Source: an uncultured bacterium (GTDB taxonomy: Bacteria > Macinerneyibacteriota > Macinerneyibacteria > Macinerneyibacteriales > CAYRFE01). From it: DNA of 59,681 nucleotides. The translations under genes and the position numbers were made by a program. Positions 9,601 through 17,597 of the stretch are shown one piece after another. The stretch spans positions 1-59,681 of the forward strand of contig CAZIJP010000002.1 in assembly GCA_964539615.1 (NCBI GenBank), given 5' to 3'. Within the stretch, counting starts at the first letter, position 1, and every line of letters begins with the position of its first letter. The notes under the pieces are model-generated. The model ran no database searches. It was not told the origin of the DNA and saw only the letters and a list, made by a program, of their open reading frames with translations.

Positions 9601-10079
9601 TTACTATGGAGAAAAATCAAGCGTTGGAAGAACGAATATCTTCCATGTTGAAAAAATTGGAGATATTACCGGAACTTGAGACTCGATTACAAACGGTTGA
9701 AATGTTCAATGCGCGATTGGGTGATCTTGATGACAGGCTTGCAGAATTGGAAGCTGCAGTAGGGACTACCGATAAACTTCGTAATGAAATGACGGCGATG
9801 AAGACGCTAATCCATGACATCGACAGCAAGGTGTATATGTTAGAATCTAAGCGAGATATAGTAAATGGGGAAGCCGGCGAGATACAATCCCGCCAAAGCG
9901 CATTTCCTGAAACGCAATCAGGACTGAGCCAGAATGATATGCAGTCTGAAAATTATGATTCAATGACGCCGGTCTCCGAATCAATAAACGGGTCACCAGA
10001 GAACATCGTTCAAAATGAAGAACGCCCTCGAAAAAAAGAATCTAAAAAAAGTAAAAAAGATAAAATATCTTTTCTATAA
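6660..10079 (+). CDS. Large cytoplasmic multi-module protein: N-terminal TPR array, acidic disordered region, internal TPR block, long coiled coil, Lys-rich tail; function unknown
   Basis: 1139-aa ORF. TPR-like repeats span aa 1 to about 330 ('LNSMGDTYAKMNDIDNALRCYDESADQYAKDG...'). An acidic stretch contains 'HDDDDDDIEIEIEIDEPSE'. A second TPR block reads 'AHYDMGTSFLSMEMFDEAMDEFRKL...YFNLSRAYFQKGDLIEA'. A heptad-like region covers about aa 850-1050. The C-terminus is 'RPRKKESKKSKKDKISFL'. Confidence 0.8.
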   Translation: MAGTEDINEKLLQIAKYNNKNQFDKAIKEYKQLLATYRSDPKILNSMGDTYAKMNDIDNALRCYDESADQYAKDGVWPNAIAILKKLLRLKPEKLDTKFKIAEMSIQMKAFNDAEYYLIEYGEFYIKAGDVQKAIPAYEKITSISPDNMERKVKLADLYFFTGNTDKMLSTYQAVFNYYKAVKNQVKIQEIFNTITAISSKNQLLMTPTYFNIFLSYIDHLLSEQQDDELAISTAMDMINRLFEVNDFDKAEALCLKLIEKRPDLLPARFKLIDIYDKSGDTGKLIDGYLSVGKYFASRDPGRAEVLYKKVLQLDSSNEEANAFLGIKKTQSADNVMTSQVQPLSGGTAIQEASDIAEGIIEGSVDIIHTVEKNSDDLDHLIDKGSLGISSATYDEEQGGKELGTFDLTQVVAEDDGLKARLAHDITAMPSKNQTEEVPEFSAEDLSSVASVQTEPEKEVIVQPVSVQETHDDDDDDIEIEIEIDEPSEQTAAAESSNKRAVSEPITEASIDIPVESTVVQGNEDLDGEIDTMFTEYSSTSEQKKSLLEEISDKQSTFVPNLDAIVTEFKRGLEEQLEGDPQAHYDMGTSFLSMEMFDEAMDEFRKLTTIAQFKYKSHDGLARCHMAKQEYDAAIEEYFIALDMENLSQDELDATYFNLSRAYFQKGDLIEANKNLGQIRQIELFEKNDEYTSMHKQFKVNLPSTDDAVFDINEDAESEITIDADGTMTIGSDIAPDLVNDSMQSPFDDYSNNQITSGSDAENNLSQGNDITVEASGIETGSSIFENTDNNTTSTESIDADPVIAEHAVAETQPVYVAEIANSVTSVQQTATSGSYPAKAAERLDAEVNKLRLDLVFVKDNMTGQADAVHEISEQLQQIEHEQAEFRDTIQEFSQVKEAITGFHETMDIFRSRIEQDVTKAIQSTLAQSENTQIIEDINRIKTEMEGYRELSVREKEILNQFMKYREDFDTFSDEISGLKITMEKNQALEERISSMLKKLEILPELETRLQTVEMFNARLGDLDDRLAELEAAVGTTDKLRNEMTAMKTLIHDIDSKVYMLESKRDIVNGEAGEIQSRQSAFPETQSGLSQNDMQSENYDSMTPVSESINGSPENIVQNEERPRKKESKKSKKDKISFL

Positions 10080-10088
10080 GGAGTTTTT

Positions 10089-10913
10089 ATGAGTTATGAA
10101 TCTTTTTTCCGTTTGAAAGAAGCGCCGTTTTTCAACATACCAGACGAGCGGTATTTCTTTAAATCCCAACAAGCGGAAAAAGCCATGCTGAAAATATTTC
10201 ATGCGCTTAAAAGAAGAATGGGGTTATGTGTCATAACCGGCGGTATAGGAACCGGTAAAACGATGCTGAGCCGAAAAGTATTGGAAGCGCTCAATAACGA
10301 TTTCTATGAATCATCATTATTGGTCATGGTGCACAGCGAAGCAACTGCAGAATGGTTTTTACGCAAACTTGCCATTCAATTCGGCGTTGAAGATACAAAT
10401 GCCCCCAAACCGGTTTTGATCAGCAAATTATATGAACGTTTGTGTGAGATACAGGAAGAAGGCCGTATCCCTGTGGTCATCATTGATGAAGCCAATATGG
10501 TAAAAAACAAAGAATTTTTTGAAGAGATGCGCGGGTTACTTAATTTTGAAAATATGAACGGGAAATTATTGAATTTCGTTTTGTTCGGGTTGCCTGAATT
10601 AAAAGAAAACTTGCTTCTTGATATTCCGTTGGCACAGCGAATAGCCGTTGCCGTGGAACTAAAACCGATGGATGAACGTAATACCATTGCATACATTCGG
10701 TACCGTTTGTCTGTAGCAGGTGCTCAACGGCCTATATTTGATCAGGATGCTCTCGGATTGATCTACCGCTATTCAAGCGGTGTTCCTCGAATTGTTAATA
10801 CTATTGCCGACAATGCATTGCTTGAAGGTTTTTTTGAACGCAAAGAGATCGTTGATGCTTCGGTTTTGCAGAATACCCTTGTTGACCTTGGTTTGGTCGT
10901 CTCTGCAAAATAA
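10089..10913 (+). CDS. ExeA/MshM-like AAA+ ATPase (general secretion pathway protein A family, ATPase domain only)
   Basis: 274 aa. The family-typical N-terminus is 'YESFFRLKEAPFFNIPDERYFFKSQQAEKAM'. Walker A 'ITGGIGTGKTML', Walker B 'PVVIIDEANM'. There is no C-terminal peptidoglycan-binding extension. Confidence 0.8.
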   Translation: MSYESFFRLKEAPFFNIPDERYFFKSQQAEKAMLKIFHALKRRMGLCVITGGIGTGKTMLSRKVLEALNNDFYESSLLVMVHSEATAEWFLRKLAIQFGVEDTNAPKPVLISKLYERLCEIQEEGRIPVVIIDEANMVKNKEFFEEMRGLLNFENMNGKLLNFVLFGLPELKENLLLDIPLAQRIAVAVELKPMDERNTIAYIRYRLSVAGAQRPIFDQDALGLIYRYSSGVPRIVNTIADNALLEGFFERKEIVDASVLQNTLVDLGLVVSAK

Positions 10914-11707
10914 TGCCGTATATTGACCTTCACATACATTCCAGTTTCTCAGACGGGAAAAAAACTTCAGAAGAAATAATTTCATTATGTAAACAGGCTG
11001 ATGTTAGATTTGCTTCGATCACAGACCATGATGACATGAGAAGCGCAGGAATATGTAATGAATCTGTTCGATTCATCAACGGCATAGAATTATCAGCTTA
11101 TTACGGAGATGCTGAGATCCATCTGCTGGGGTATGGGTATCGCGCCGATGAACCGGCACTTATTGCAACAATGGCAGCATTACGCCAGGAGCGCATTGCG
11201 CGTTTTCAGCGTATGATCGCAAAGGCCATCCGCTTAAAATTGATACAGGATGTTGATTATTCCGATTACCTGGTTAATGAGGCGGTAATTGGCAGGGTTC
11301 TGATGAGTGAATTATTGATAAAAACCGGATGCGTGCGATCAGTAGCCGAGGCTTTCGCGCGGTTTCTCAGCGAAGGGAAACCCTTATATGAGCCGGTTTA
11401 TACACTTGACCTGTTTAAAGCATTGGAACTATTGAAAAATGCCGGTTGTTTTGTTTCATTAGCTCATCCTCAGCGGATACGCAAAGATGAGTTGATCCGA
11501 AAACTTGTTGACAGGGGATTGGATGCTATTGAAGCGTATTATCCGTTTCATGATGCCACCATCACGCGATATTATTTGAAACTTGCAGAAAAGTATACTA
11601 TTATAGCCACCGGAGGTAGCGATTATCATACGGGTAATTATTCTTGTGTGTATTCTTGCGATCAGCTCAATGCTGCGATTGAACGACTTTTCGGTAGTTG
11701 CATATGA
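10913..11707 (+). CDS. PHP-domain phosphoesterase (TrpH/YciV-like)
   Basis: 264 aa. 'MPYIDLHIHSSFSDG', 'ASITDHDDM', 'SLAHPQR', 'ATGGSDYH'. The ATG overlaps the TAA of the preceding gene (TAATG). Confidence 0.85.
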   Translation: MPYIDLHIHSSFSDGKKTSEEIISLCKQADVRFASITDHDDMRSAGICNESVRFINGIELSAYYGDAEIHLLGYGYRADEPALIATMAALRQERIARFQRMIAKAIRLKLIQDVDYSDYLVNEAVIGRVLMSELLIKTGCVRSVAEAFARFLSEGKPLYEPVYTLDLFKALELLKNAGCFVSLAHPQRIRKDELIRKLVDRGLDAIEAYYPFHDATITRYYLKLAEKYTIIATGGSDYHTGNYSCVYSCDQLNAAIERLFGSCI

Positions 11708-12914
11708 GCAATCAATAGAAGAAGCCGACATTTTTTATAGGGGATTGCCGTTTTATTCAATTCAAGAACGGGAATATCAACTAAGTTTTTCGCCGATCTT
11801 ACCAAGGCATTTTTTTAATCATGATACGTTACGTTCCATCTCTGCTTCGGACGGAATTCATTTATATCTTCCGACCATGTCGCGAGTAATCGATAACAGC
11901 AGGATTTCATTGACATTTAATGACAGGCAATACGAAAATTATATGTTTTTCCTGAGAAAAAGTAAGACAACTTTAATGGCAGATTTTTATACGCGAGACG
12001 TGCAGGGTAATTATTCCAATGATGCGAAAAGTTATTTTTTTGAACAGCGTGTAGGGAAACATTCGGCCACGTTTTTTCTTGTCAATAAAGCGGTCGATAA
12101 CGGAGTTGTGATACGGGATTCCGTATTTGCTTATATGCGCTACGGATTTGATGCCCCCGGGTGGGGCGTGTCTGCAGATCGCGAATTCGTTAAATGCCTA
12201 GACGGAATAAACCATGCGATTGACCACGGAAGGGCTTATTATAAAAACATTGCCTTTGATGTAAGCGGGCAGGAAGGCGATGACAATTTAAAGACAGGTA
12301 TCACGATCAAATTAAAATATAATGATCTCAGTACAACAGTAGAGCCGTTCATTTTCAGAAATGATTTTGACATTAATGCTCTCGTTGAATATAAAGGTTT
12401 CTTTGCCGAAAGGAAAAGCGCATTTGATTGGTTGGATACCCATTCGATGCGATATTATGAATTAGGATATACGTTCAACGATAGTGTGACCGGATATGTT
12501 CGTCATATCGATACGTTACAATACGGTCCGCTTTCAATAAAAAATCACGATGTGCTGGGGTTGGCGTATTCATATAATTTTCCGATTTACGGCGAATTGA
12601 GTTTATCAACCAACGGGGATATTATAACTTCACCGGAGTTTTTCAATAAAGTCCAGAATGCTCTCGTAATTTCGCAGCCTTTTTTTGAAAACGACCTCAT
12701 TGTATCTGCTTTTATCCGAAACAATTACACTTGTAAGACCTCTCGTTTTCCTGAGACGGTAACGTGGGACGCATATGTTGACGCAACGTTGATCCGCGTT
12801 CGTTTTTTTGTCTTAGCGGAAAATATTTTCAAAAGCGATAAATACGACTATTCGGGTTTGACGGGAAGCGACATGACCGTTAAATTCGGATTCAGTTGGT
12901 TTTTCTATAATTGA
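11646..12914 (+). CDS. Hypothetical beta-rich protein (possible outer-membrane beta-barrel); start uncertain
   Basis: 422-aa ORF with no family I recognise. It has many alternating hydrophobic/aromatic strands ('LGLAYSYNF', 'LIVSAFIRNNY', 'ATLIRVRFFVLAENIF') and an aromatic C-terminus 'MTVKFGFSWFFYN'. The annotated GTG start overlaps the PHP gene by 62 nt, and an alternative ATG lies at 11670. No clear signal peptide. Confidence 0.5.
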   Translation: MCILAISSMLRLNDFSVVAYEQSIEEADIFYRGLPFYSIQEREYQLSFSPILPRHFFNHDTLRSISASDGIHLYLPTMSRVIDNSRISLTFNDRQYENYMFFLRKSKTTLMADFYTRDVQGNYSNDAKSYFFEQRVGKHSATFFLVNKAVDNGVVIRDSVFAYMRYGFDAPGWGVSADREFVKCLDGINHAIDHGRAYYKNIAFDVSGQEGDDNLKTGITIKLKYNDLSTTVEPFIFRNDFDINALVEYKGFFAERKSAFDWLDTHSMRYYELGYTFNDSVTGYVRHIDTLQYGPLSIKNHDVLGLAYSYNFPIYGELSLSTNGDIITSPEFFNKVQNALVISQPFFENDLIVSAFIRNNYTCKTSRFPETVTWDAYVDATLIRVRFFVLAENIFKSDKYDYSGLTGSDMTVKFGFSWFFYN

Positions 12915-12995
12915 GGCGTACAACACTAATAACGGGAATGACCTGTTCTTTTTGTATTTATTTTTCATATTCTGTAATTTAAGGTGATTTTATTC

Positions 12996-13023
12996 TTGAA
13001 AAGATTCAAAAAACAGTTATGAT
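12996..13023 (+). promoter_or_regulatory. Possible sigma70-like promoter TTGAAA-16 nt-TATGAT upstream of secD
   Basis: TTGAAA at 12996-13001 and TATGAT at 13018-13023, in the 144-nt gap before secD. Confidence 0.4.
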
Positions 13024-13067
13024 TCTTTCAAGATTTTCGCTGAAATTATTGTAAAGGAGTGAATCTG

Positions 13068-14477
13068 ATGAAACGTGTTGAAAATTGGAAATGGGTCGTT
13101 ATTTTCATTGTTCTCGTTATGTCGGTCATAATTTCATTGCCGACCACAGGTTTATTGAAAAATGCTCCGGAGAGTATCACAAAACATTTACCGGGGAAGG
13201 TTAATCTCGGGCTGGACCTGCAGGGCGGTATGCATGTTGTCCTCGAAGCGGATGTTGAGGCCATGAAGCAGAAGCTTCAGGAGACCAACAGTACGTTTGA
13301 TGACAGAATACTTGCCGAAAAAATGGATCAAGCTTTGTCGATCATCCGTAACCGTGTCGACAAGTTTGGTGTTACCGAGCCGACCATTCAGAAGCAAGGC
13401 AAAACCCGTATTGTTATTGAATTGCCGGGCGTTAAAGACCCGCAGCGCGTGCTTGATCTTGTCGGTAAAACCGCTTACATGGAATTCAAGTTGGTATCCG
13501 ATATTCCTGCGAGCGAATTTATTGATGACAAAGGTCAGCAGATCCCGGGTAAAGTATTGCCGCCGAATATGTCAATTCATTACATGCGCGACAAAAAGAC
13601 CAATGCTCTTGTCAATCCACTTGTTCTTCGTAAGGACATTGTTGTGCCCGGCGGAGAATTGGATACCGTGTATGTGCAGATGAATCAAAACAAAGTAGGC
13701 TACGTTGTTGATTTTTCCTTGAAACGTGAAGGGGCAAAGCAATTTGCAAAGATCACAAGTCAATACACCGGCAAAATGCTCGCGATTGTGTTGGATGATG
13801 TGATCGTGTCTGCGCCGCGGATCAACTCTGAGATACCCGACGGACGCGGTATGATCGAAGGAAATTTTTCTGCTGAAGAAGCGCAGGACCTCTCGCTTAT
13901 CCTGAAAACAGGCGCATTGCCCGTTCCTTTGAAAATAGTTGAGAACCGCACTGTCGGCGCATCGCTCGGTAGCGATTCCGTTCAAGACGGTTTGAAAGGA
14001 ATCCTTTACGGCTGTCTGGCTGTAATACTGTTCATGATCATTTACTACAAACTCAGCGGTTTAGTGGCTGATATTGCTGTTGTGTTCAACGTTATTATCA
14101 TCGTAGCGGTCATGGTATTGTTCCATGGAACACTTACTTTACCGGGTATGGCGGGTATCGTGTTGACGATGGGTATGGCCGTTGATGCAAACGTACTGAT
14201 CTATGAACGTATCAAGGAAGAATTGCGTGGTGGTAAGAGCATCGGAAAAGCCGTTGATAACGGATTTGACCGGGCATTCATAACCATCCTCGATGCAAAC
14301 TTGACCACTATCATAACATGTATCGTGCTGTATTATCTGGGTACCGGCCCTGTTCGCGGGTTCGCCGTTACACTGATGATCGGTATTGCAGCAAGTATGT
14401 TCACGGCTGTTTTTGTTTCCCGTGCGATATTTACCGCAATGCTCTATAAAAAACAAAGCGGCTCTTTGAGCATCTGA
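13068..14477 (+). CDS. secD: Protein translocase subunit SecD
   Basis: 'LGLDLQGGMHVVLEAD', 'IRNRVDKFGVTEPTIQKQG', 'IVLDDVIVSAPRI' and a C-terminal 6-TM block 'VLTMGMAVDANVLIYERIKEE'. I prefer ATG 13068, which is 8 nt after AAGGAG (13054-13059), over the track's GTG 13059. Confidence 0.92.
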   Translation: MKRVENWKWVVIFIVLVMSVIISLPTTGLLKNAPESITKHLPGKVNLGLDLQGGMHVVLEADVEAMKQKLQETNSTFDDRILAEKMDQALSIIRNRVDKFGVTEPTIQKQGKTRIVIELPGVKDPQRVLDLVGKTAYMEFKLVSDIPASEFIDDKGQQIPGKVLPPNMSIHYMRDKKTNALVNPLVLRKDIVVPGGELDTVYVQMNQNKVGYVVDFSLKREGAKQFAKITSQYTGKMLAIVLDDVIVSAPRINSEIPDGRGMIEGNFSAEEAQDLSLILKTGALPVPLKIVENRTVGASLGSDSVQDGLKGILYGCLAVILFMIIYYKLSGLVADIAVVFNVIIIVAVMVLFHGTLTLPGMAGIVLTMGMAVDANVLIYERIKEELRGGKSIGKAVDNGFDRAFITILDANLTTIITCIVLYYLGTGPVRGFAVTLMIGIAASMFTAVFVSRAIFTAMLYKKQSGSLSI

Positions 14478-14491
14478 CAGAGGTGAGATGT

Positions 14492-15388
14492 ATGCAATTA
14501 TTTTTAAATGCAAATTATGATTTCGTTTCAAAAAAAGTTCGTCGCACTGCTATGACTATATCGGCGATAATCGTATGTATCGGTATCGTGTTTTTCTTCA
14601 CCAAAGGATTCAATCTGAGCATTGATTTTACCGGGGGAACCATATTCCAGTATAAATTCCCTACAACGATTACTATTGAAGAACTTCGCTCAGAAATGAA
14701 ATCGCAAGGGTTAAAGACCGTTACGCTTCAGAATTTCGGCGACAGTAGCGATGAATTGCTTATCCGTGTCGGCTCGGAAGCAGAGGCAAAACTAGTCAAA
14801 GCCTATATGAACCAAAAATATCCTACCGGTTTAGACCTTCGCCGCGAAGAATCGGTCGGACCGTCGATCGGATCTGATCTGAGGACACAAGCGGCATGGG
14901 CCGTTATATTTTCATGGTTGGGTATTCTCTTGTATGTCGCGTGGCGTTTTGAATCAAAATTCGGTATCGGCGCTATCATCGCATTGGTTCATGATGTATT
15001 GATCACTTGTACCGCATTCGTGGTATTAGGGCTTGAATTCAATGCGACCGTGCTCGCAGCCATACTGACCTTGATCGGTTACTCGATCAACGACACGATC
15101 GTAGTGTTTGACCGTATACGAGAGATGATGCATGCAGAACGGCCTCGCTCGGATGAACATTTCATCAGTGTTATAAATAGAGCTATAAATATTACACTTT
15201 CACGTACGATTATTACATCGCTGACCGTACTGCTTGTTGTTGTTATCCTCTATTTAGTAGGCGGGGAAGTAATTCATAACTTCGCGTTTGCTTTGATCGT
15301 CGGTATTATTACCGGAACTTATTCATCTGTTTTTATTGCTACGCCGATTATGATCGAATTACGTATGCGTGTCAGTTTAAAAGATTAA
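14492..15388 (+). CDS. secF: Protein translocase subunit SecF
   Basis: 'LSIDFTGGT', 'VGPSIGSDLR', 'VHDVLIT', 'IGYSINDTIVVFDRIRE'. ATG 14492 follows GAGGTGA. The track start GTG 14483 is in the same frame. Confidence 0.92.
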   Translation: MQLFLNANYDFVSKKVRRTAMTISAIIVCIGIVFFFTKGFNLSIDFTGGTIFQYKFPTTITIEELRSEMKSQGLKTVTLQNFGDSSDELLIRVGSEAEAKLVKAYMNQKYPTGLDLRREESVGPSIGSDLRTQAAWAVIFSWLGILLYVAWRFESKFGIGAIIALVHDVLITCTAFVVLGLEFNATVLAAILTLIGYSINDTIVVFDRIREMMHAERPRSDEHFISVINRAINITLSRTIITSLTVLLVVVILYLVGGEVIHNFAFALIVGIITGTYSSVFIATPIMIELRMRVSLKD

Positions 15389-15393
15389 CATTG

Positions 15394-15419
15394 GACGCCC
15401 TTCGGGGCGTCTTTTTTTT
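15394..15419 (+). terminator. Rho-independent terminator after secF
   Basis: Perfect 7-bp GC-rich stem GACGCCC/GGGCGTC with a TTCG loop, followed by T8 (15412-15419). Confidence 0.8.
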
Positions 15420-15432
15420 ACTAAGGTAGATA

Positions 15433-17364
15433 ATGCGATATTTGTGGGAAGAAAAACCGTTTGATACAACCATTGCACATTCAATTCTTCAACGCTTTGG
15501 CGTTCATCCTGTTATAGCACGTATTTTAGCCGGCCGATTCACCAATATTGATGATGTCGAGCGCTATCTTAATCCTGATGTCGATATGTTGTTTGATCCC
15601 TTCCTTCTGAATGATTGCAGAAAAGCAGTCGATCTGATCAATGCTACTATCAAAGCAGGGCATAAAATTTGCGTGTATGGCGACTATGACGTAGATGGTG
15701 TGACCGCGACGGTTGTTCTGATCACGATATTGCATAAACTCGGCGCTAATGCATCATGGTATATACCAAACAGACTTGATGAAGGATACGGATTGACCGT
15801 TGAAAGCATTGATTTTTTAAAAGGCGAGCAAGTTCATCTTGTCATTACCGTCGATTGCGGCATAACCGACGATGAAGCGGTAAGCCATGCTAAAGCAATA
15901 GGGATGAATGTTATCATTACCGATCACCATATACCTCATGCAACCATGCCGGAAGCGGATGCGATCGTTAATCCAAAGATCGGCGATTATCCCTTCAAAG
16001 ACCTTGCTGGCGTAGGCGTTGCCTATAAACTTGCGACGGCTTTAAACGGAAGCCAACCGAAAGAATTGCTTGATCTGGTGGCAGTAGGGACCGTGTCGGA
16101 TGTAGTGCCATTGTTGTCTGAAAATAGAATTATTGTTAAAAATGGACTTAATGCCGTACATAATAAAGCCTTGCAGTATTTGATCAACCAGGTGAATAAT
16201 GGCAAACAGTTGACGCCGGATGATGTAAGTTTTAAGATTGCGCCTCGTATCAACGCCGTAGGGCGTTTGGGACATGCTAATGATGCCGTTCGATTACTGT
16301 TTGAGCAAAATATGCCGTTGATACAGGAATGGGTGCAAACGATCGAATTGCTCAATTCTCAGCGACGAGCCATTGAAGAGGAAATTTACAGGGAAGCCTG
16401 TGATATGATTTCAAAACTGCCGCGAAGCGATTCCTTTGTCATTGTATTGAATTCTGATCATTGGCATTCCGGAGTGATCGGGATCGTTGCTTCTCGGATC
16501 GCAGAAAATTATAATCGTCCTGTGCTCTTGATGAATTCTGCCGAAGAGATGGCTCGCGGATCCGGACGAAGCATAGCAAATATTCACCTCCATGATATGG
16601 TCAAATCGCATGAAGTGTTGTTTGAGCGTGTCGGCGGTCACAAGCATGCCGTAGGATTTACCATAAGAAAAGATCGAATCGATGAATTACGACAAAAATT
16701 AAATCAATACTTTAAAGAGAAATATTCAATGAAAGAGATCATACCGATCTTATACGGCGATGCCACGGTAGAGATCGGCGAATTGGATTCACACTATTTT
16801 AATGATCTTCAGTCATTGATGCCTTTTGGTTACATGAATCCCAAACCGGTGTTGATCATCAATGAATTGTTTGCGCCACATGGCTTTTCAATAGCTGCCG
16901 AACGTCACTTGCGGGGTTTTGTTACCAATGGTAATGTGAAAATGTCTTGTATAGGGTTTGATTTTGCTTCTCATATTTTAAAATTAACAAAAAATATTGA
17001 TATTGCCGGTGCTGTGGAAATATCCTCATATGACGGATTGCCGCAGATAAAAATACGGGATATTAGAAACCATATCCGCAATTTGGCCGGCGCCGAACGA
17101 AAAAGTATGGAACATATTTACCGATTGATCCGCGAGGCGGGCAGTATTCACCGAACAGAGTTGACCTATAGTCTCTATGAAAAATATCAAGAAGATCTTA
17201 TGTATCTTGATTGGATTTTGCTCATATTCGAGGAATTGGAATTGATCTATTCGGTGGGTGATATGATCTCGATTAATTCAGATATCCCATCTGTTGAAAA
17301 TAAAGAAGAACGTATATCCGGATCGACGGTATATCGTTATGTTTTGGAGCACAACATTAACTGA
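15433..17364 (+). CDS. recJ: Single-stranded-DNA-specific exonuclease RecJ
   Basis: 643 aa. DHH motifs 'VYGDYDVDGVTAT', 'VDCGITD', 'VIITDHH'. DHHA1 region 'GGHKHAVGFTI'. Confidence 0.92.
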   Translation: MRYLWEEKPFDTTIAHSILQRFGVHPVIARILAGRFTNIDDVERYLNPDVDMLFDPFLLNDCRKAVDLINATIKAGHKICVYGDYDVDGVTATVVLITILHKLGANASWYIPNRLDEGYGLTVESIDFLKGEQVHLVITVDCGITDDEAVSHAKAIGMNVIITDHHIPHATMPEADAIVNPKIGDYPFKDLAGVGVAYKLATALNGSQPKELLDLVAVGTVSDVVPLLSENRIIVKNGLNAVHNKALQYLINQVNNGKQLTPDDVSFKIAPRINAVGRLGHANDAVRLLFEQNMPLIQEWVQTIELLNSQRRAIEEEIYREACDMISKLPRSDSFVIVLNSDHWHSGVIGIVASRIAENYNRPVLLMNSAEEMARGSGRSIANIHLHDMVKSHEVLFERVGGHKHAVGFTIRKDRIDELRQKLNQYFKEKYSMKEIIPILYGDATVEIGELDSHYFNDLQSLMPFGYMNPKPVLIINELFAPHGFSIAAERHLRGFVTNGNVKMSCIGFDFASHILKLTKNIDIAGAVEISSYDGLPQIKIRDIRNHIRNLAGAERKSMEHIYRLIREAGSIHRTELTYSLYEKYQEDLMYLDWILLIFEELELIYSVGDMISINSDIPSVENKEERISGSTVYRYVLEHNIN

Positions 17365-17560
17365 CGTCACTTCGAAAACGCGAACTATCTTATAAATATT
17401 TAACTAATTAAGAGAATAATAATTGAATCAGTTTAAGTGAAAAAAGTAAAAATAGTTAAACTTGAAAAACGTATCAGACATAGTGGTATTGGTTTTAAAA
17501 AAATACATTACAAGCAATTGTTCGATCAGTGAACCGCGTTCAGTAAAAGGTATTTTTAGC

Positions 17561-17589
17561 TTGACAATCCGGTGTTCGGGTTATATAGT
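17561..17589 (+). promoter_or_regulatory. Sigma70-like promoter TTGACA-17 nt-TATAGT for the yceD-rpmF-fab operon
   Basis: TTGACA at 17561-17566 and TATAGT at 17584-17589, preceded by about 190 nt of AT-rich DNA. The yceD ATG lies only 8 nt past the -10 element. Confidence 0.55.
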
Positions 17590-17597
17590 TTCGCAAT

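Noticed and set aside
13572-14531. Minus-strand ORFs at 13572-13985 (137 aa), 13760-13951 and 14139-14531 (130 aa), and the + strand alternative-frame ORF at 13297-13683.
   Set aside because: All are embedded in secD/secF, which carry canonical SecD/SecF motifs in the annotated frames.
17362-17369. Perfect 8-bp palindrome TGACGTCA at the recJ stop codon.
   Set aside because: It is a single short palindrome overlapping the TGA stop, with no repeat partner or T-run, so it does not support an operator or terminator.
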